A stretch of 63,961 bases of DNA, counting the filler, from Lama guanicoe (taxonomy: Eukaryota), in NCBI GenBank assembly GCA_013239625.1. It is 208 parts of 208 records of this genome, joined end to end, with 100 filler letters (N's around TTAATTAATTAA, not from the genome) between each part and the next. Parts side by side here need not be neighbours in the genome. Positions count along the whole stretch, not along the records: positions 1 to 208 come from PNXV01034785.1; positions 309 to 516 come from PNXV01034786.1; positions 617 to 824 come from PNXV01034787.1; positions 925 to 1,132 come from PNXV01034788.1; positions 1,233 to 1,440 come from PNXV01034789.1; positions 1,541 to 1,748 come from PNXV01034790.1; positions 1,849 to 2,056 come from PNXV01034791.1; positions 2,157 to 2,364 come from PNXV01034792.1; 200 more parts are not named here. One strand, written 5' to 3'. Shown in pieces: positions 1-12,412 of this stretch. The notes below the pieces were generated by a model. It was not told the origin of the DNA, did no database searches, and saw only the letters and a list, made by a program, of their open reading frames with translations. Each line of letters starts with the position of its first letter. The stretch's first letter is position 1. Both the position numbers and the translations under genes were made by a program.

Positions 1-208
1 CCCAATAAAAAATGGACAGAAGACTTAAGTAGATATTTTCATTTCTCCAAAGAAGACATGCAAATGGCCAGTAAACACATAAAAATAAAAGCTCAACATC
101 ACTAATTGTTAGAGAAATGCAAATCAAAATGCCAATGAGGTATCAATTCACAGTGGTCAGATGGCCATCATCAAAATGTCTACGAATAATAAATGCTAAG
201 GAAGGTGT
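1..208 (+). mobile_element. LINE-1 ORF2 C-terminal region fragment (degenerate)
   Basis: cccaataaaaaatgg...gctcaacatcactaatt...agagaaatgcaaatcaaaa...atgaggtatca...atggccatcatcaaa matches the typical mammalian L1 ORF2 3' region. Confidence 0.9.
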
Positions 209-924
209 NNNNNNNNNNNNNNNNNNNNNNNNNNNNNNNNNNNNNNNNNNNNTTAATTAATTAANNNNNNNNNNNNNNNNNNNNNNNNNNNNNNNNNNNN
301 NNNNNNNNGCATATTTCTTCAAAATCCACATAATTTTTTTTTTCAGTTTTAGAAAAACTTATGTCATGTTATACAAAGCAATACTTGGAAAAATGCAAAA
401 TTGTTATTTGGAACCTTATTATAATTGAATCTGCCGAGACCATTTAAAAAAAAAAAAACCCAGAGTAATATTTTTGGATACAAATTTTCCACTGGGCCTG
501 CTAAATTTGGCCAGCTNNNNNNNNNNNNNNNNNNNNNNNNNNNNNNNNNNNNNNNNNNNNTTAATTAATTAANNNNNNNNNNNNNNNNNNNNNNNNNNNN
601 NNNNNNNNNNNNNNNNAGCACTGATTTTTATGGCTTAAAATTTTAAAATCTTTCTTCTCAGTTGACCTACTTGATGTAGGTGCCATCTTTGTCCATTTGG
701 CAAAAAATATCTCAAAGGTTTCTGAATTCACCCTTTATTATGAAATGCTCACTGTCTGTATGTTCGGATGCTAAGGATCCCAGCAGTATGATCAACGTTT
801 TCATAATTATGAACATCACCACATNNNNNNNNNNNNNNNNNNNNNNNNNNNNNNNNNNNNNNNNNNNNTTAATTAATTAANNNNNNNNNNNNNNNNNNNN
901 NNNNNNNNNNNNNNNNNNNNNNNN

Positions 925-1132
925 TTCTTATATGAGGTACCAGAATAGGCCAACTCACAGAGACAGACAGAACAGAGGTCACCAGAAACCAGGAGAAGGG
1001 GGACAGAGTGTTGGTGTTTAATGCGTGGAGGTTCTGTTGAAGATGATGACAAAGGTTTGGGTATGGATAGTGGTGATTGCTATACATCATTGTGAATGTA
1101 CTTAATGCCACTGAGTTGTATGCTTAAAAATG
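925..1132 (+). mobile_element. Old LINE-1 3' end (L1MB/L1MC-like)
   Basis: gatagtggtgattgc...ttgtgaatgtacttaatgccactgagttgtatgcttaaaaatg is a characteristic old L1 3' terminus. Confidence 0.8.
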
Positions 1133-2772
1133 NNNNNNNNNNNNNNNNNNNNNNNNNNNNNNNNNNNNNNNNNNNNTTAATTAATTAANNNNNNNNNNNN
1201 NNNNNNNNNNNNNNNNNNNNNNNNNNNNNNNNAACAGACATCTCAAGAGCCAGTTTTAACCGAAAAAGGGGAGAATAACTATTTACTGATCACACTATTA
1301 GAGGCCCGAAGTCAGAATTATAGACATCAGAAGGAAAACATTGCTTTTAAAAGTTAGTGTAGAGAAAGAAACAGACAATATTCTGGTGAATGTAATGGAG
1401 TAAGGACCTTATATACTGATACTGTGGAATTCATGTGCGCNNNNNNNNNNNNNNNNNNNNNNNNNNNNNNNNNNNNNNNNNNNNTTAATTAATTAANNNN
1501 NNNNNNNNNNNNNNNNNNNNNNNNNNNNNNNNNNNNNNNNAGACAGCAGATACTTCATGGACCATACCATTTCTGTTGGAACTATACCCGTCTGCTGTGA
1601 TGGCACTTAAAAAGGCCGTCACAGGATGGACAATATGTCAGCAAAAGGCGGAGGCTGGGTCCCAGGATAATGCGTATTTACAGACACAGGCAGGGGACGA
1701 GATTTGGGCCATAGTTTTGTGATCTCTGGTCTAGTTGGTCTTAAAATANNNNNNNNNNNNNNNNNNNNNNNNNNNNNNNNNNNNNNNNNNNNTTAATTAA
1801 TTAANNNNNNNNNNNNNNNNNNNNNNNNNNNNNNNNNNNNNNNNNNNNGTGGGTACCAACAGGAAGACTCAGGGACACTCTGGCCATGCCTTCCACCTTA
1901 ACTCTTTAGGACGCCAGCCTGGCACCTCGGCCCCGAGCCGCCAAGCGATGGTCCCTCCACCCTCCGTCCTCCCCTACACGCTCGTTTACTACGTGGGTCA
2001 TTCTCCCGGCTCCTACCAGAGATCATGTGTATTGGTAGCACTAGGGCTAGCAAAAGNNNNNNNNNNNNNNNNNNNNNNNNNNNNNNNNNNNNNNNNNNNN
2101 TTAATTAATTAANNNNNNNNNNNNNNNNNNNNNNNNNNNNNNNNNNNNNNNNNNNNTCAAGGATTTGTTGAGAGCAGTTGAACCACAACTTTTTATGACG
2201 TTTTTGTAGCTTTCTATGTGTTCTGACATATGATAAGTTGTCAATGCCATGTAACAGCTTTTGATATTAGTCCCAGGTTTCTTCTCAGTAAGGAGCCCTG
2301 GTGAGGGTCTTTAATGAGTGGGGACACGGGAATGACTTGGGTCCAGACTAGATCTTCCCTGTGCNNNNNNNNNNNNNNNNNNNNNNNNNNNNNNNNNNNN
2401 NNNNNNNNTTAATTAATTAANNNNNNNNNNNNNNNNNNNNNNNNNNNNNNNNNNNNNNNNNNNNGCCAGTGAGGCTTCCCGGCCTACCCCTCAGGTGTCA
2501 CCGATACGGGAAAGACTCCTACTCCCCTTGCTTCCTGTTTCCCCACTGGCATCCATGCCCTGCTTCCCAAGGGAGCTGATGGGAAATAATGTCTTAATCT
2601 GTTACTCTGAGGTCTTAAAACAAGAGGTGCTACATTCATCCCAGCATCAGGCCTTCCCATAAGGTATAGAGTNNNNNNNNNNNNNNNNNNNNNNNNNNNN
2701 NNNNNNNNNNNNNNNNTTAATTAATTAANNNNNNNNNNNNNNNNNNNNNNNNNNNNNNNNNNNNNNNNNNNN

Positions 2773-2980
2773 TATTAGAGGTCAGTAACCAAGATCATTC
2801 AGACGTCAGGTGGCAGTTGGGCATGAGTCTCCATTGCAGGGGGCAGGTCAGGTCTGAAGATAAACATTTGGGAGTCACCAACATGTAGACGGATTCTGTG
2901 AAAAGGATGAGCTCACTTCAGTGGATACCATAAACAGAGACTAAAAAGGGTCCAGCACTAAACTCTGCAGGTCTTTCAAA
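2773..2980 (+). mobile_element. LINE-2 fragment
   Basis: ggtctgaagataaacatttgggagtcaccaacatgtaga resembles an L2 motif; strand assignment not certain. Confidence 0.6.
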
Positions 2981-4037
2981 NNNNNNNNNNNNNNNNNNNN
3001 NNNNNNNNNNNNNNNNNNNNNNNNTTAATTAATTAANNNNNNNNNNNNNNNNNNNNNNNNNNNNNNNNNNNNNNNNNNNNTTCTTTATTAGATGAGAAGG
3101 AATTCACATTAGATTCCCTCTTAGTATCATACACATAGTAGGCTTCTTACAGACAAAAGAAGACTATGTTTTTGTACCTCAACTTTTCTTGGATATCTTG
3201 ATGGGGAGTTAGGAGAATCTTTGGGGTAAGAAATGATGTTAGGTGATTAGAGAATGATTATTTAGTTGTAAAGATACTGTGGTGGCCTNNNNNNNNNNNN
3301 NNNNNNNNNNNNNNNNNNNNNNNNNNNNNNNNTTAATTAATTAANNNNNNNNNNNNNNNNNNNNNNNNNNNNNNNNNNNNNNNNNNNNTGGGCTTTCAAG
3401 GATCCTGGGAGTAGGTAGAGAGGGAGAAGGCTGGCTTGGGTGTCCTTCAAAGCCAGGGCATATCCCCCACCCCCAGAAAAGGGTGTGGGGGTGGGTTGAT
3501 TCCAGACAAGGAGGCCTCAAAATTCTTGGGGCCTTTGACCTTTGAAGGGGGAGGGGGAGAGGTGGTAGTTCTGGCGAGATCTTTGAGAAGTTCCGGNNNN
3601 NNNNNNNNNNNNNNNNNNNNNNNNNNNNNNNNNNNNNNNNTTAATTAATTAANNNNNNNNNNNNNNNNNNNNNNNNNNNNNNNNNNNNNNNNNNNNGTTG
3701 AGTATATAGCTGACTGCCTGACACTTAAGGGTATTCAAAATTTAAGGCTAATTATTTATTAATACTAGAGTAACAATAATTGTTCTTATATTCACAGTCC
3801 TTCTCGCCCTGCCCCAGTTATCTAGGGCTGGAACCCGCAATGGGGTCCTGACAGTGGTGTCTGGTTTCTAGATGCTGTCCTTTCTCGGTCAAGCTAAATG
3901 GACANNNNNNNNNNNNNNNNNNNNNNNNNNNNNNNNNNNNNNNNNNNNTTAATTAATTAANNNNNNNNNNNNNNNNNNNNNNNNNNNNNNNNNNNNNNNN
4001 NNNNGGGAGTTAGGAGAATTCAAATTTGGCCTAATGT

Positions 4038-4092
4038 CATATATATATATACGTATATATATATATATATACATATATCGTATATATATATA
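4038..4092. repeat. Interrupted (TA)n microsatellite
   Basis: Directly visible TA dinucleotide run with interruptions. Confidence 0.9.
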
Positions 4093-5544
4093 TGTAAGAA
4101 GAGGATGTGCGAGAGAGATATATATATTTATCTTGGAAGAGTCCTTCAAGTAAAATACCAACTCGAAGTCTGAAAGTCAGCATTTGTTCTCCAAATGTCC
4201 ATACTTGTCCATNNNNNNNNNNNNNNNNNNNNNNNNNNNNNNNNNNNNNNNNNNNNTTAATTAATTAANNNNNNNNNNNNNNNNNNNNNNNNNNNNNNNN
4301 NNNNNNNNNNNNTGAGTTCATAGTCCTCTGTCTGCATTGTCACCAGCCTCTGGGTAGTCGGCTTAACTTGCATTGGCTGTCATTAGCGGAACCTTCTACT
4401 TTCAAGCAGTGACCTAATTGGTTCCTTTCTTAATACAAAATAGAGGACATTCTATTTCTGTTCTATTTCCGTCCCACTGTGGATACTCTGGGTTTTTCAT
4501 TTAGTACTCCACAGCCAGTTNNNNNNNNNNNNNNNNNNNNNNNNNNNNNNNNNNNNNNNNNNNNTTAATTAATTAANNNNNNNNNNNNNNNNNNNNNNNN
4601 NNNNNNNNNNNNNNNNNNNNTCTCTCCAACTTGTAAATGTGTGTAACACAAAGAAATAGCATAGCAAGTATGAGACTGATGTTTCAGGTACCTAAACTAA
4701 TAGAGTTCTCTTGTGTATAGGCAGTCACACTCCCAAACCCTGTTTTGAAAGTCTTTTCATACTTGAAAATCTTGTATTATTTCCTGATTTAGTTTTCATA
4801 AATTGTTTACTTATACTTCCCTTAAACANNNNNNNNNNNNNNNNNNNNNNNNNNNNNNNNNNNNNNNNNNNNTTAATTAATTAANNNNNNNNNNNNNNNN
4901 NNNNNNNNNNNNNNNNNNNNNNNNNNNNTTTTCCTCCCCCACGTAGTCCTTGCTTAAAAGACAACTTAAAATCTACTTAGGGAGGTAAGGTATATAATCC
5001 AAAATGTTAATGACATATAGTAAAGTGTAGATTGCAACACAGAGACAATGCATCCATTTATTCAATCAACAAATAATTATTATCTACCTGCTATGGATCA
5101 TATACTATTCTAGGCCCTGGGAAAATGACAGCCTAGNNNNNNNNNNNNNNNNNNNNNNNNNNNNNNNNNNNNNNNNNNNNTTAATTAATTAANNNNNNNN
5201 NNNNNNNNNNNNNNNNNNNNNNNNNNNNNNNNNNNNCCGCTGTGGCTGCCTTATCACTCTGAGGCTCCTGTTACTGGGTTCCCATGCTGCCTTTTCACCT
5301 GTGTGGTGGGCTCCTTGAGGACAAGAACAGAAAAGCTGTGCAGCAACTGTAATGCTAGAACCTGAATGTAAAATCGCACCTTGCTCCAAGAGAACGAAAT
5401 ACATGGCGGTCACACCACCACTAGCCTACCTTAGGCCCATGGCANNNNNNNNNNNNNNNNNNNNNNNNNNNNNNNNNNNNNNNNNNNNTTAATTAATTAA
5501 NNNNNNNNNNNNNNNNNNNNNNNNNNNNNNNNNNNNNNNNNNNN

Positions 5545-5752
5545 AGTGGGAACAGCCTAAATGCCCATGAACAGACCAATGGCTGAATAAAATTTGATGC
5601 ATCCATTGAATAAACTATTATTCAGAAATAAAAAGAAAAGTAGTGACACTGAAACATGGATAAACCTTGAAACATTAAACCAAATGAAAGAGCCAGTCAC
5701 AACAGACCGAATATCATATGACTCCGTTTATGTGAAATGCTCAGAATGTGCA
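5545..5752 (+). mobile_element. LINE-1 ORF2 end / 3' UTR fragment
   Basis: aacagcctaaatgcccat...acatggataaaccttgaaacatt...aaagagccagtcacaa matches old L1 3' sequence. Confidence 0.8.
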
Positions 5753-5852
5753 NNNNNNNNNNNNNNNNNNNNNNNNNNNNNNNNNNNNNNNNNNNNTTAA
5801 TTAATTAANNNNNNNNNNNNNNNNNNNNNNNNNNNNNNNNNNNNNNNNNNNN

Positions 5853-6060
5853 TATAAAAAGATCTCAAATCAATTTCCTAAATACTACCTTAAGAAACAA
5901 AGCAAAAGGAGAGCAACTAACTCAAAGCACACAGAAGGAAGAAAACAATAAGGACTAAGAAAGAAATAAACGAAATAAAGAATATAAGAACATTAGAGAA
6001 AATCTATAAAGCAAAAAGTTTATTCTTTGAAAAGTCCTGCCAAACTGACAAACCTTAAAG
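5853..6060 (+). mobile_element. LINE-1 ORF2 fragment (between endonuclease and RT domains)
   Basis: A-rich L1 signature: gatctcaaatcaat...gaaataaa...ttctttgaaaag...aaactgacaaacctt. Confidence 0.75.
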
Positions 6061-6776
6061 NNNNNNNNNNNNNNNNNNNNNNNNNNNNNNNNNNNNNNNN
6101 NNNNTTAATTAATTAANNNNNNNNNNNNNNNNNNNNNNNNNNNNNNNNNNNNNNNNNNNNGTCTTATCCTGAGTTCCACAGAAAATGGAGCACAAATGCT
6201 AGCCCTTTTGTGGGAGATGGTGGTCCCAGGGCATTGAGAGTGAGATGAATTGAGAAACAAGGAAGGGAAGAGAGGTCACAATACAGTGTGGTGTGATGCC
6301 AAGCTGGCCACAGCTTCAATAGAAACCACCAGTTACTTGGTCAAGGGGCATGTCTCTGGGTGGATCTTNNNNNNNNNNNNNNNNNNNNNNNNNNNNNNNN
6401 NNNNNNNNNNNNTTAATTAATTAANNNNNNNNNNNNNNNNNNNNNNNNNNNNNNNNNNNNNNNNNNNNAAAAAAAAAAGGTAAGAAGGCAAATTTAGGCC
6501 CTGCCATTGAAAACTAGCAACCATCGCTGCCAGTATCTGAGCTGGAATAGTCCTGACTTCGAAAAACACTGTGTAGTTATTTTTCAAACATGAAAGTCAC
6601 ATATGTATTTCACATATATAATATTATTGTAGGATTTTTCTTTCCAAAATTTCCAGTCACAACATTAGCACAAGAANNNNNNNNNNNNNNNNNNNNNNNN
6701 NNNNNNNNNNNNNNNNNNNNTTAATTAATTAANNNNNNNNNNNNNNNNNNNNNNNNNNNNNNNNNNNNNNNNNNNN

Positions 6777-7292
6777 CAGCTCAGTTTTCTTCTGCGCTCT
6801 GCGCTCCAGGGTCCATTTTTGCCAGATTCAAAGAGCAGCAAGATACTTCCTGGGCACATGAATTCACGCCACCCGCCACACATCATTACATCCACAGAAG
6901 TCCTGAGCAGGGCTGGATGCAGGCATTTTAGGGACCCTGAACCTGTGCAGTCTGGCCCAGCAGGGGGAGCTGGCCCTGTGGATGNNNNNNNNNNNNNNNN
7001 NNNNNNNNNNNNNNNNNNNNNNNNNNNNTTAATTAATTAANNNNNNNNNNNNNNNNNNNNNNNNNNNNNNNNNNNNNNNNNNNNCAGCTCAGTTTTCTTC
7101 TGCGCTCTGCGCTCCAGGGTCCATTTTTGCCAGTTTCAAAGAGCAGCAGGATACTTCCTGGGCAAATGAATCCACGCCACCCGCCACACATCATTACATC
7201 CACGGAAGTCCTGAGCAGGGCTGGATGCAGGCGTTTTAGGGATCCTGAACCTGTGCAGTCTGGCCCAGCAGGGGGAGCTGGCCCTGTGGATG
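6777..7292. repeat. Near-identical contig pair 1 (6777..6984 vs 7085..7292)
   Basis: 7 substitutions, no indels; first and last 49 bp identical. Confidence 0.97.
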
Positions 7293-7700
7293 NNNNNNNN
7301 NNNNNNNNNNNNNNNNNNNNNNNNNNNNNNNNNNNNTTAATTAATTAANNNNNNNNNNNNNNNNNNNNNNNNNNNNNNNNNNNNNNNNNNNNAGTTTATG
7401 ATTTCAGAAAATTATCACATTTTGTTCTTCCCTCTTACTAATTGGAAGTTTTATCACACAGCCTTGCCATTGTACTTGTGCAGAAAAGCAGGAAAATCCA
7501 TTAACACTTCAGGAGTGGTGTTGGCAGCTCAGTTGAGGCCGCAGTGAGTGCAGTGATGAAGCTGGCGTTCAGTTCTGGAGTCACGGATCGTTGGTGACAT
7601 NNNNNNNNNNNNNNNNNNNNNNNNNNNNNNNNNNNNNNNNNNNNTTAATTAATTAANNNNNNNNNNNNNNNNNNNNNNNNNNNNNNNNNNNNNNNNNNNN

Positions 7701-7908
7701 TGCAGCTGTCCAGTTTTCCCAACACCTTTTGCTGAAGAGACTATCTTTACTCCATCGTATGTTCTTGCCTCCTTTATCAAAAGTTAATTGACCAAAAGTT
7801 TGTGAGTTTGTTTCTGGGCTCTATTCTGTTCCATTGGTCCATATGTCTGTTTTTGTACAAACACCATGCTGTTTTGATGACTGTAGCTCTGTAGTGTTGT
7901 CTGAAGTC
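7701..7908 (-). mobile_element. LINE-1 ORF2 fragment
   Basis: gctgtccagttttcccaacac...ttgctgaagagact...tattctgttccattggtc...ccatgctgttttgatgactgtagct is reverse-complement L1. Confidence 0.9.
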
Positions 7909-8008
7909 NNNNNNNNNNNNNNNNNNNNNNNNNNNNNNNNNNNNNNNNNNNNTTAATTAATTAANNNNNNNNNNNNNNNNNNNNNNNNNNNNNNNNNNNN
8001 NNNNNNNN

Positions 8009-8832
8009 AGCACCAACAAAAATTAATACTAGGATGAAAATCATTTTGAAAAGATGGACAAAATCTTTCACTGTTTCCTTTTAGTCTCTGGGAAGCCAAT
8101 ATGTACATGTTCGTGTGGCCATTTTATTTTTAAACATATTTTAATTACTATGTTTTTTGTTGCTTGTATCAAAATATTAGGATTCTGTATCAGTCTATAA
8201 TGAAAATCAAAGTCCTNNNNNNNNNNNNNNNNNNNNNNNNNNNNNNNNNNNNNNNNNNNNTTAATTAATTAANNNNNNNNNNNNNNNNNNNNNNNNNNNN
8301 NNNNNNNNNNNNNNNNAAATATTTGTACTTTGTGTCCTAAGAGGAGAAAAGGAAAGAAAGTGAAAACAATCATGTTGGCTATAATTTTTCCCAAGTTTGA
8401 TGACCTTTCATAGTAAGTCCAGAATATATTTGTGGAATTCATCTTTTATGATCTTGCTGTTTTCTCATCAACATAGATAACCTGAAATTGTCTTCACTTT
8501 AATTAGAATAGTTTGTTTTTTTTTNNNNNNNNNNNNNNNNNNNNNNNNNNNNNNNNNNNNNNNNNNNNTTAATTAATTAANNNNNNNNNNNNNNNNNNNN
8601 NNNNNNNNNNNNNNNNNNNNNNNNAGCACCAACAAAAATTAATACTAGGATGAAAATCATTTTGAAAAGATGGCCAAAATCTTACACTGTTTCCTTTTAG
8701 TCTCTGGGAAGCCAATATGTACATGTCCGTGTGGCCATTTTATTTTTAAACATATTTTAATTACTGTGTTTTTTGTTGCTTGCATCAAAATATTAGGATT
8801 CTGTATCAGTCTATAATGAAAATCAAAGTCCT
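8009..8832. repeat. Near-identical contig pair 2 (8009..8216 vs 8625..8832)
   Basis: 5 substitutions; 49-bp identical flanks. Confidence 0.97.
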
Positions 8833-10472
8833 NNNNNNNNNNNNNNNNNNNNNNNNNNNNNNNNNNNNNNNNNNNNTTAATTAATTAANNNNNNNNNNNN
8901 NNNNNNNNNNNNNNNNNNNNNNNNNNNNNNNNTCTGTTGATTCTTATTTTGTAGTTGGCTTTATTCCTTTCATAACTATGTGAGTTTAAAAAGCCAAAGA
9001 TCTAATCTGTTCTTAGAAATAGTAATCAGTACATATACGAAAACTAAAAAAAGTACAGTATAATGTATATATGTATTTACATGCAATAAAGTGTGTATGT
9101 GCAGTCGAACTGTAATAATTCTACCTAATAAAACTGAAAANNNNNNNNNNNNNNNNNNNNNNNNNNNNNNNNNNNNNNNNNNNNTTAATTAATTAANNNN
9201 NNNNNNNNNNNNNNNNNNNNNNNNNNNNNNNNNNNNNNNNTACTGGAAGGTCCCAGGAGTGCCTCCCAGTGATTGGGACACAGAGCAAGCCGGATCTTAA
9301 AGTGGAAATTGGAGAAAGCCAGGTCGAGGTGGATTGGTGGTGGCAGGGATGACAGTGGCAGTGAGGACCCAGTGAGAGGAGACCTTTACGTGAGATCTGG
9401 TGTATTTGGGGGAACTCCAAGACATTCTGCCCAGCTGGAACTTTGAGGNNNNNNNNNNNNNNNNNNNNNNNNNNNNNNNNNNNNNNNNNNNNTTAATTAA
9501 TTAANNNNNNNNNNNNNNNNNNNNNNNNNNNNNNNNNNNNNNNNNNNNTCAATGAGAACAGAGCAAGCTTAATAATAATACATCTCCTCAGAAGCTCGCA
9601 TGGCCCTCCAACAGACAGATCAGTTTATAATTTAGGACATACAGATGTATGATTTAGACCATTGTTTCTGAACTGCAAAGTTATTTTCTCCAGGATTGAA
9701 GCCAGTCCTTCAGGACAGATTCTAAACATTGTCTGTAGCAGAAGAGATTCTCAGGGNNNNNNNNNNNNNNNNNNNNNNNNNNNNNNNNNNNNNNNNNNNN
9801 TTAATTAATTAANNNNNNNNNNNNNNNNNNNNNNNNNNNNNNNNNNNNNNNNNNNNGGTGGTTGGAAAGATTGCAAGTTTGGGGCTATTAGATATTAACG
9901 CTTATAATATTGAAAACTTCTGTCACTGGAGGAAATGTTCATATATATATTTTAAATTGTACTTAATAAGAGAGGTGTCCACAAGGGTAATGGAAATGGA
10001 AAACATTCAAAGAGAAGTGAATCCCTTTTTCAGCATTTTTTCATCCTTCAAGCTAGGGAAAAAANNNNNNNNNNNNNNNNNNNNNNNNNNNNNNNNNNNN
10101 NNNNNNNNTTAATTAATTAANNNNNNNNNNNNNNNNNNNNNNNNNNNNNNNNNNNNNNNNNNNNAAAAATACTGTGGAATCAATTATGAGGCAATTATTG
10201 CTGGCTCCAGGATGGGGCTGATGCAGGCATGGGATAAGGTGAATTGGTCAAAAAAGTATAACAGGGTATGTTATATATAAAATAGCATTGCAATAGATAT
10301 AATTTATAAGTTTATTTAATTCCTTACCCATATATATACCAGTCAATAGTCTCAAGTAGTATTTTCAACTTTNNNNNNNNNNNNNNNNNNNNNNNNNNNN
10401 NNNNNNNNNNNNNNNNTTAATTAATTAANNNNNNNNNNNNNNNNNNNNNNNNNNNNNNNNNNNNNNNNNNNN

Positions 10473-10645
10473 TATAAAAGGAACCTGAATTCTGCCTTGG
10501 GGAAGATGGCTCTCCAGGACAGTGGTCTGCCATCTTCTCAGTCTTGCTGGCTTTCCAGCAGATGCTCATTCCCTGCCCCAGCACCCCGTCTCCCAACTTA
10601 CTGGCCTGTTGTGTGGTGAGCAGAACAAGTCTGGACTCAGTAATA
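10473..10645 (+). mobile_element. ERV1-type LTR, 3' part
   Basis: TATAAAA followed by ...ggcctgttgtgtggtgagcagaacaagtctggactcagtaa, resembling laurasiatherian ERV1 LTR ends. Confidence 0.6.
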
Positions 10646-10780
10646 TTTGCAGTTGCAAATACATAGTGGTTAGGACCTTGNNNNNNNNNNNNNNNNNNNN
10701 NNNNNNNNNNNNNNNNNNNNNNNNTTAATTAATTAANNNNNNNNNNNNNNNNNNNNNNNNNNNNNNNNNNNNNNNNNNNN

Positions 10781-10988
10781 ATAAGGAAATTACATAAGAA
10801 AATGAAGACCTGAAGAAACAGACCTGAATATTTTTATGCTGGATTTGAGGGGCTCAGTCATGGGAGAAAGTGACAGGTTAAGGAGTGGGAGGTAATGTAG
10901 TGTGGAAGGGGGAACTTAGCAAGGCCTGTTTGTAAGGATTCTTCTGGGTGTCCCTTTGTCTTCAGGGACAAGGATACTCCCTCCCCCC
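10781..10988. mobile_element. Probable ERV LTR fragment
   Basis: gaacttagcaaggcctgtttg...gattctt...tgtcttcagggacaaggat resembles ERV1 LTR families; family not pinned down. Confidence 0.45.
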
Positions 10989-11719
10989 NNNNNNNNNNNN
11001 NNNNNNNNNNNNNNNNNNNNNNNNNNNNNNNNTTAATTAATTAANNNNNNNNNNNNNNNNNNNNNNNNNNNNNNNNNNNNNNNNNNNNATAACAAGTGGG
11101 CTGAAGAACTACCTCAGGTGAGGGGGCTGGGCTCCCGGTGCCCTTGTGTGATGGCTCGGCCACCCCCTCGGCGGTCACCGTGGGTTCCGTGAGCTCCACT
11201 CCTTGGCGCAGGTCCTTCACTTACGGTGGCATCGTACAGGGTGGGGGCCTTTATGTTTAGTGTTCCGGAACCTGTGTGTGGTTGTTCAAAGAATAANNNN
11301 NNNNNNNNNNNNNNNNNNNNNNNNNNNNNNNNNNNNNNNNTTAATTAATTAANNNNNNNNNNNNNNNNNNNNNNNNNNNNNNNNNNNNNNNNNNNNCCCA
11401 TGGCTTCCGTTGGCCGAGACCTCATTGCCGGAGCTCTGGCCGGGCAAGAAGGGGAATCTTTCTTCTTCTTGTTGGACTCTGTCACATGGGGCATGAGACA
11501 TCCCCTTTCTGGTCTCCTAACTTTATTTAACTGAAGTTTCTGTTTATTGAATTTTTACAACACATACACACACATACATGCATATATACATTATTTATTT
11601 GTATNNNNNNNNNNNNNNNNNNNNNNNNNNNNNNNNNNNNNNNNNNNNTTAATTAATTAANNNNNNNNNNNNNNNNNNNNNNNNNNNNNNNNNNNNNNNN
11701 NNNNGTAAGCTCGGGGGAG

Positions 11720-11831
11720 GACCTTGATCTTGAACTTTTAGCCTCCAGAACTGTGGGAAAATTAATTTTTGCTGTTCAAGTCAGCCAGTTTATGGTCTTT
11801 TGTTATGGCAGCCCAAGCTGACTAATATACA
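11720..11831 (+). mobile_element. MLT1 (ERVL-MaLR) LTR 3' end
   Basis: ccttgatcttgaacttttagcctccagaactgtg...tttgttatggcagcccaagctgactaatataca is the canonical MLT1 terminus. Confidence 0.85.
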
Positions 11832-12320
11832 AAACTCTGGGTCTCTAACATACAAAACACAGATAGAGCTTACAAAATTAAAAACCTAGCTCAACACAAG
11901 CCCACTAGTGATNNNNNNNNNNNNNNNNNNNNNNNNNNNNNNNNNNNNNNNNNNNNTTAATTAATTAANNNNNNNNNNNNNNNNNNNNNNNNNNNNNNNN
12001 NNNNNNNNNNNNTAGTTCTTTAGGGCTTAGAGAAATCTCTTTAGGAATAGAAAAAGTCCCCAGCATGCCCACACAACTATTGGGATATAGTGCCGCCTCT
12101 TCAAGGAACGTGGCAGTGGGGATAAAAAAAGGTTGGTTATTTGTTCCTTAGACGTGGCCTAGAAAGTGACATCTGGGAACAACCACTAGTCTTTCTTCTA
12201 AATCAAGGAAGCAACTGATTNNNNNNNNNNNNNNNNNNNNNNNNNNNNNNNNNNNNNNNNNNNNTTAATTAATTAANNNNNNNNNNNNNNNNNNNNNNNN
12301 NNNNNNNNNNNNNNNNNNNN

Positions 12321-12412
12321 TGTTTATTTATTTATTTTAATGGAGGTACTGGGGATTGAACCCAGGACCGCGTGTATGCTAAGCACACACTCCACCACTG
12401 AGCCATACTCTC
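12321..12412 (-). mobile_element. tRNA-derived camelid SINE (Vic-1-like)
   Basis: tttatttattttaatggaggtactggggattgaacccaggacc...tgctaagcacacactccaccactgagccatac; the reverse complement gives A box, B box (GGTTCAATCCC) and an A-rich tail. Confidence 0.85.

Noticed and set aside
6819..7348. Two similar 73-aa ORFs as duplicated genes
   Set aside because: They are the two arms of an assembly bubble, start at TTG and show no recognisable homology.
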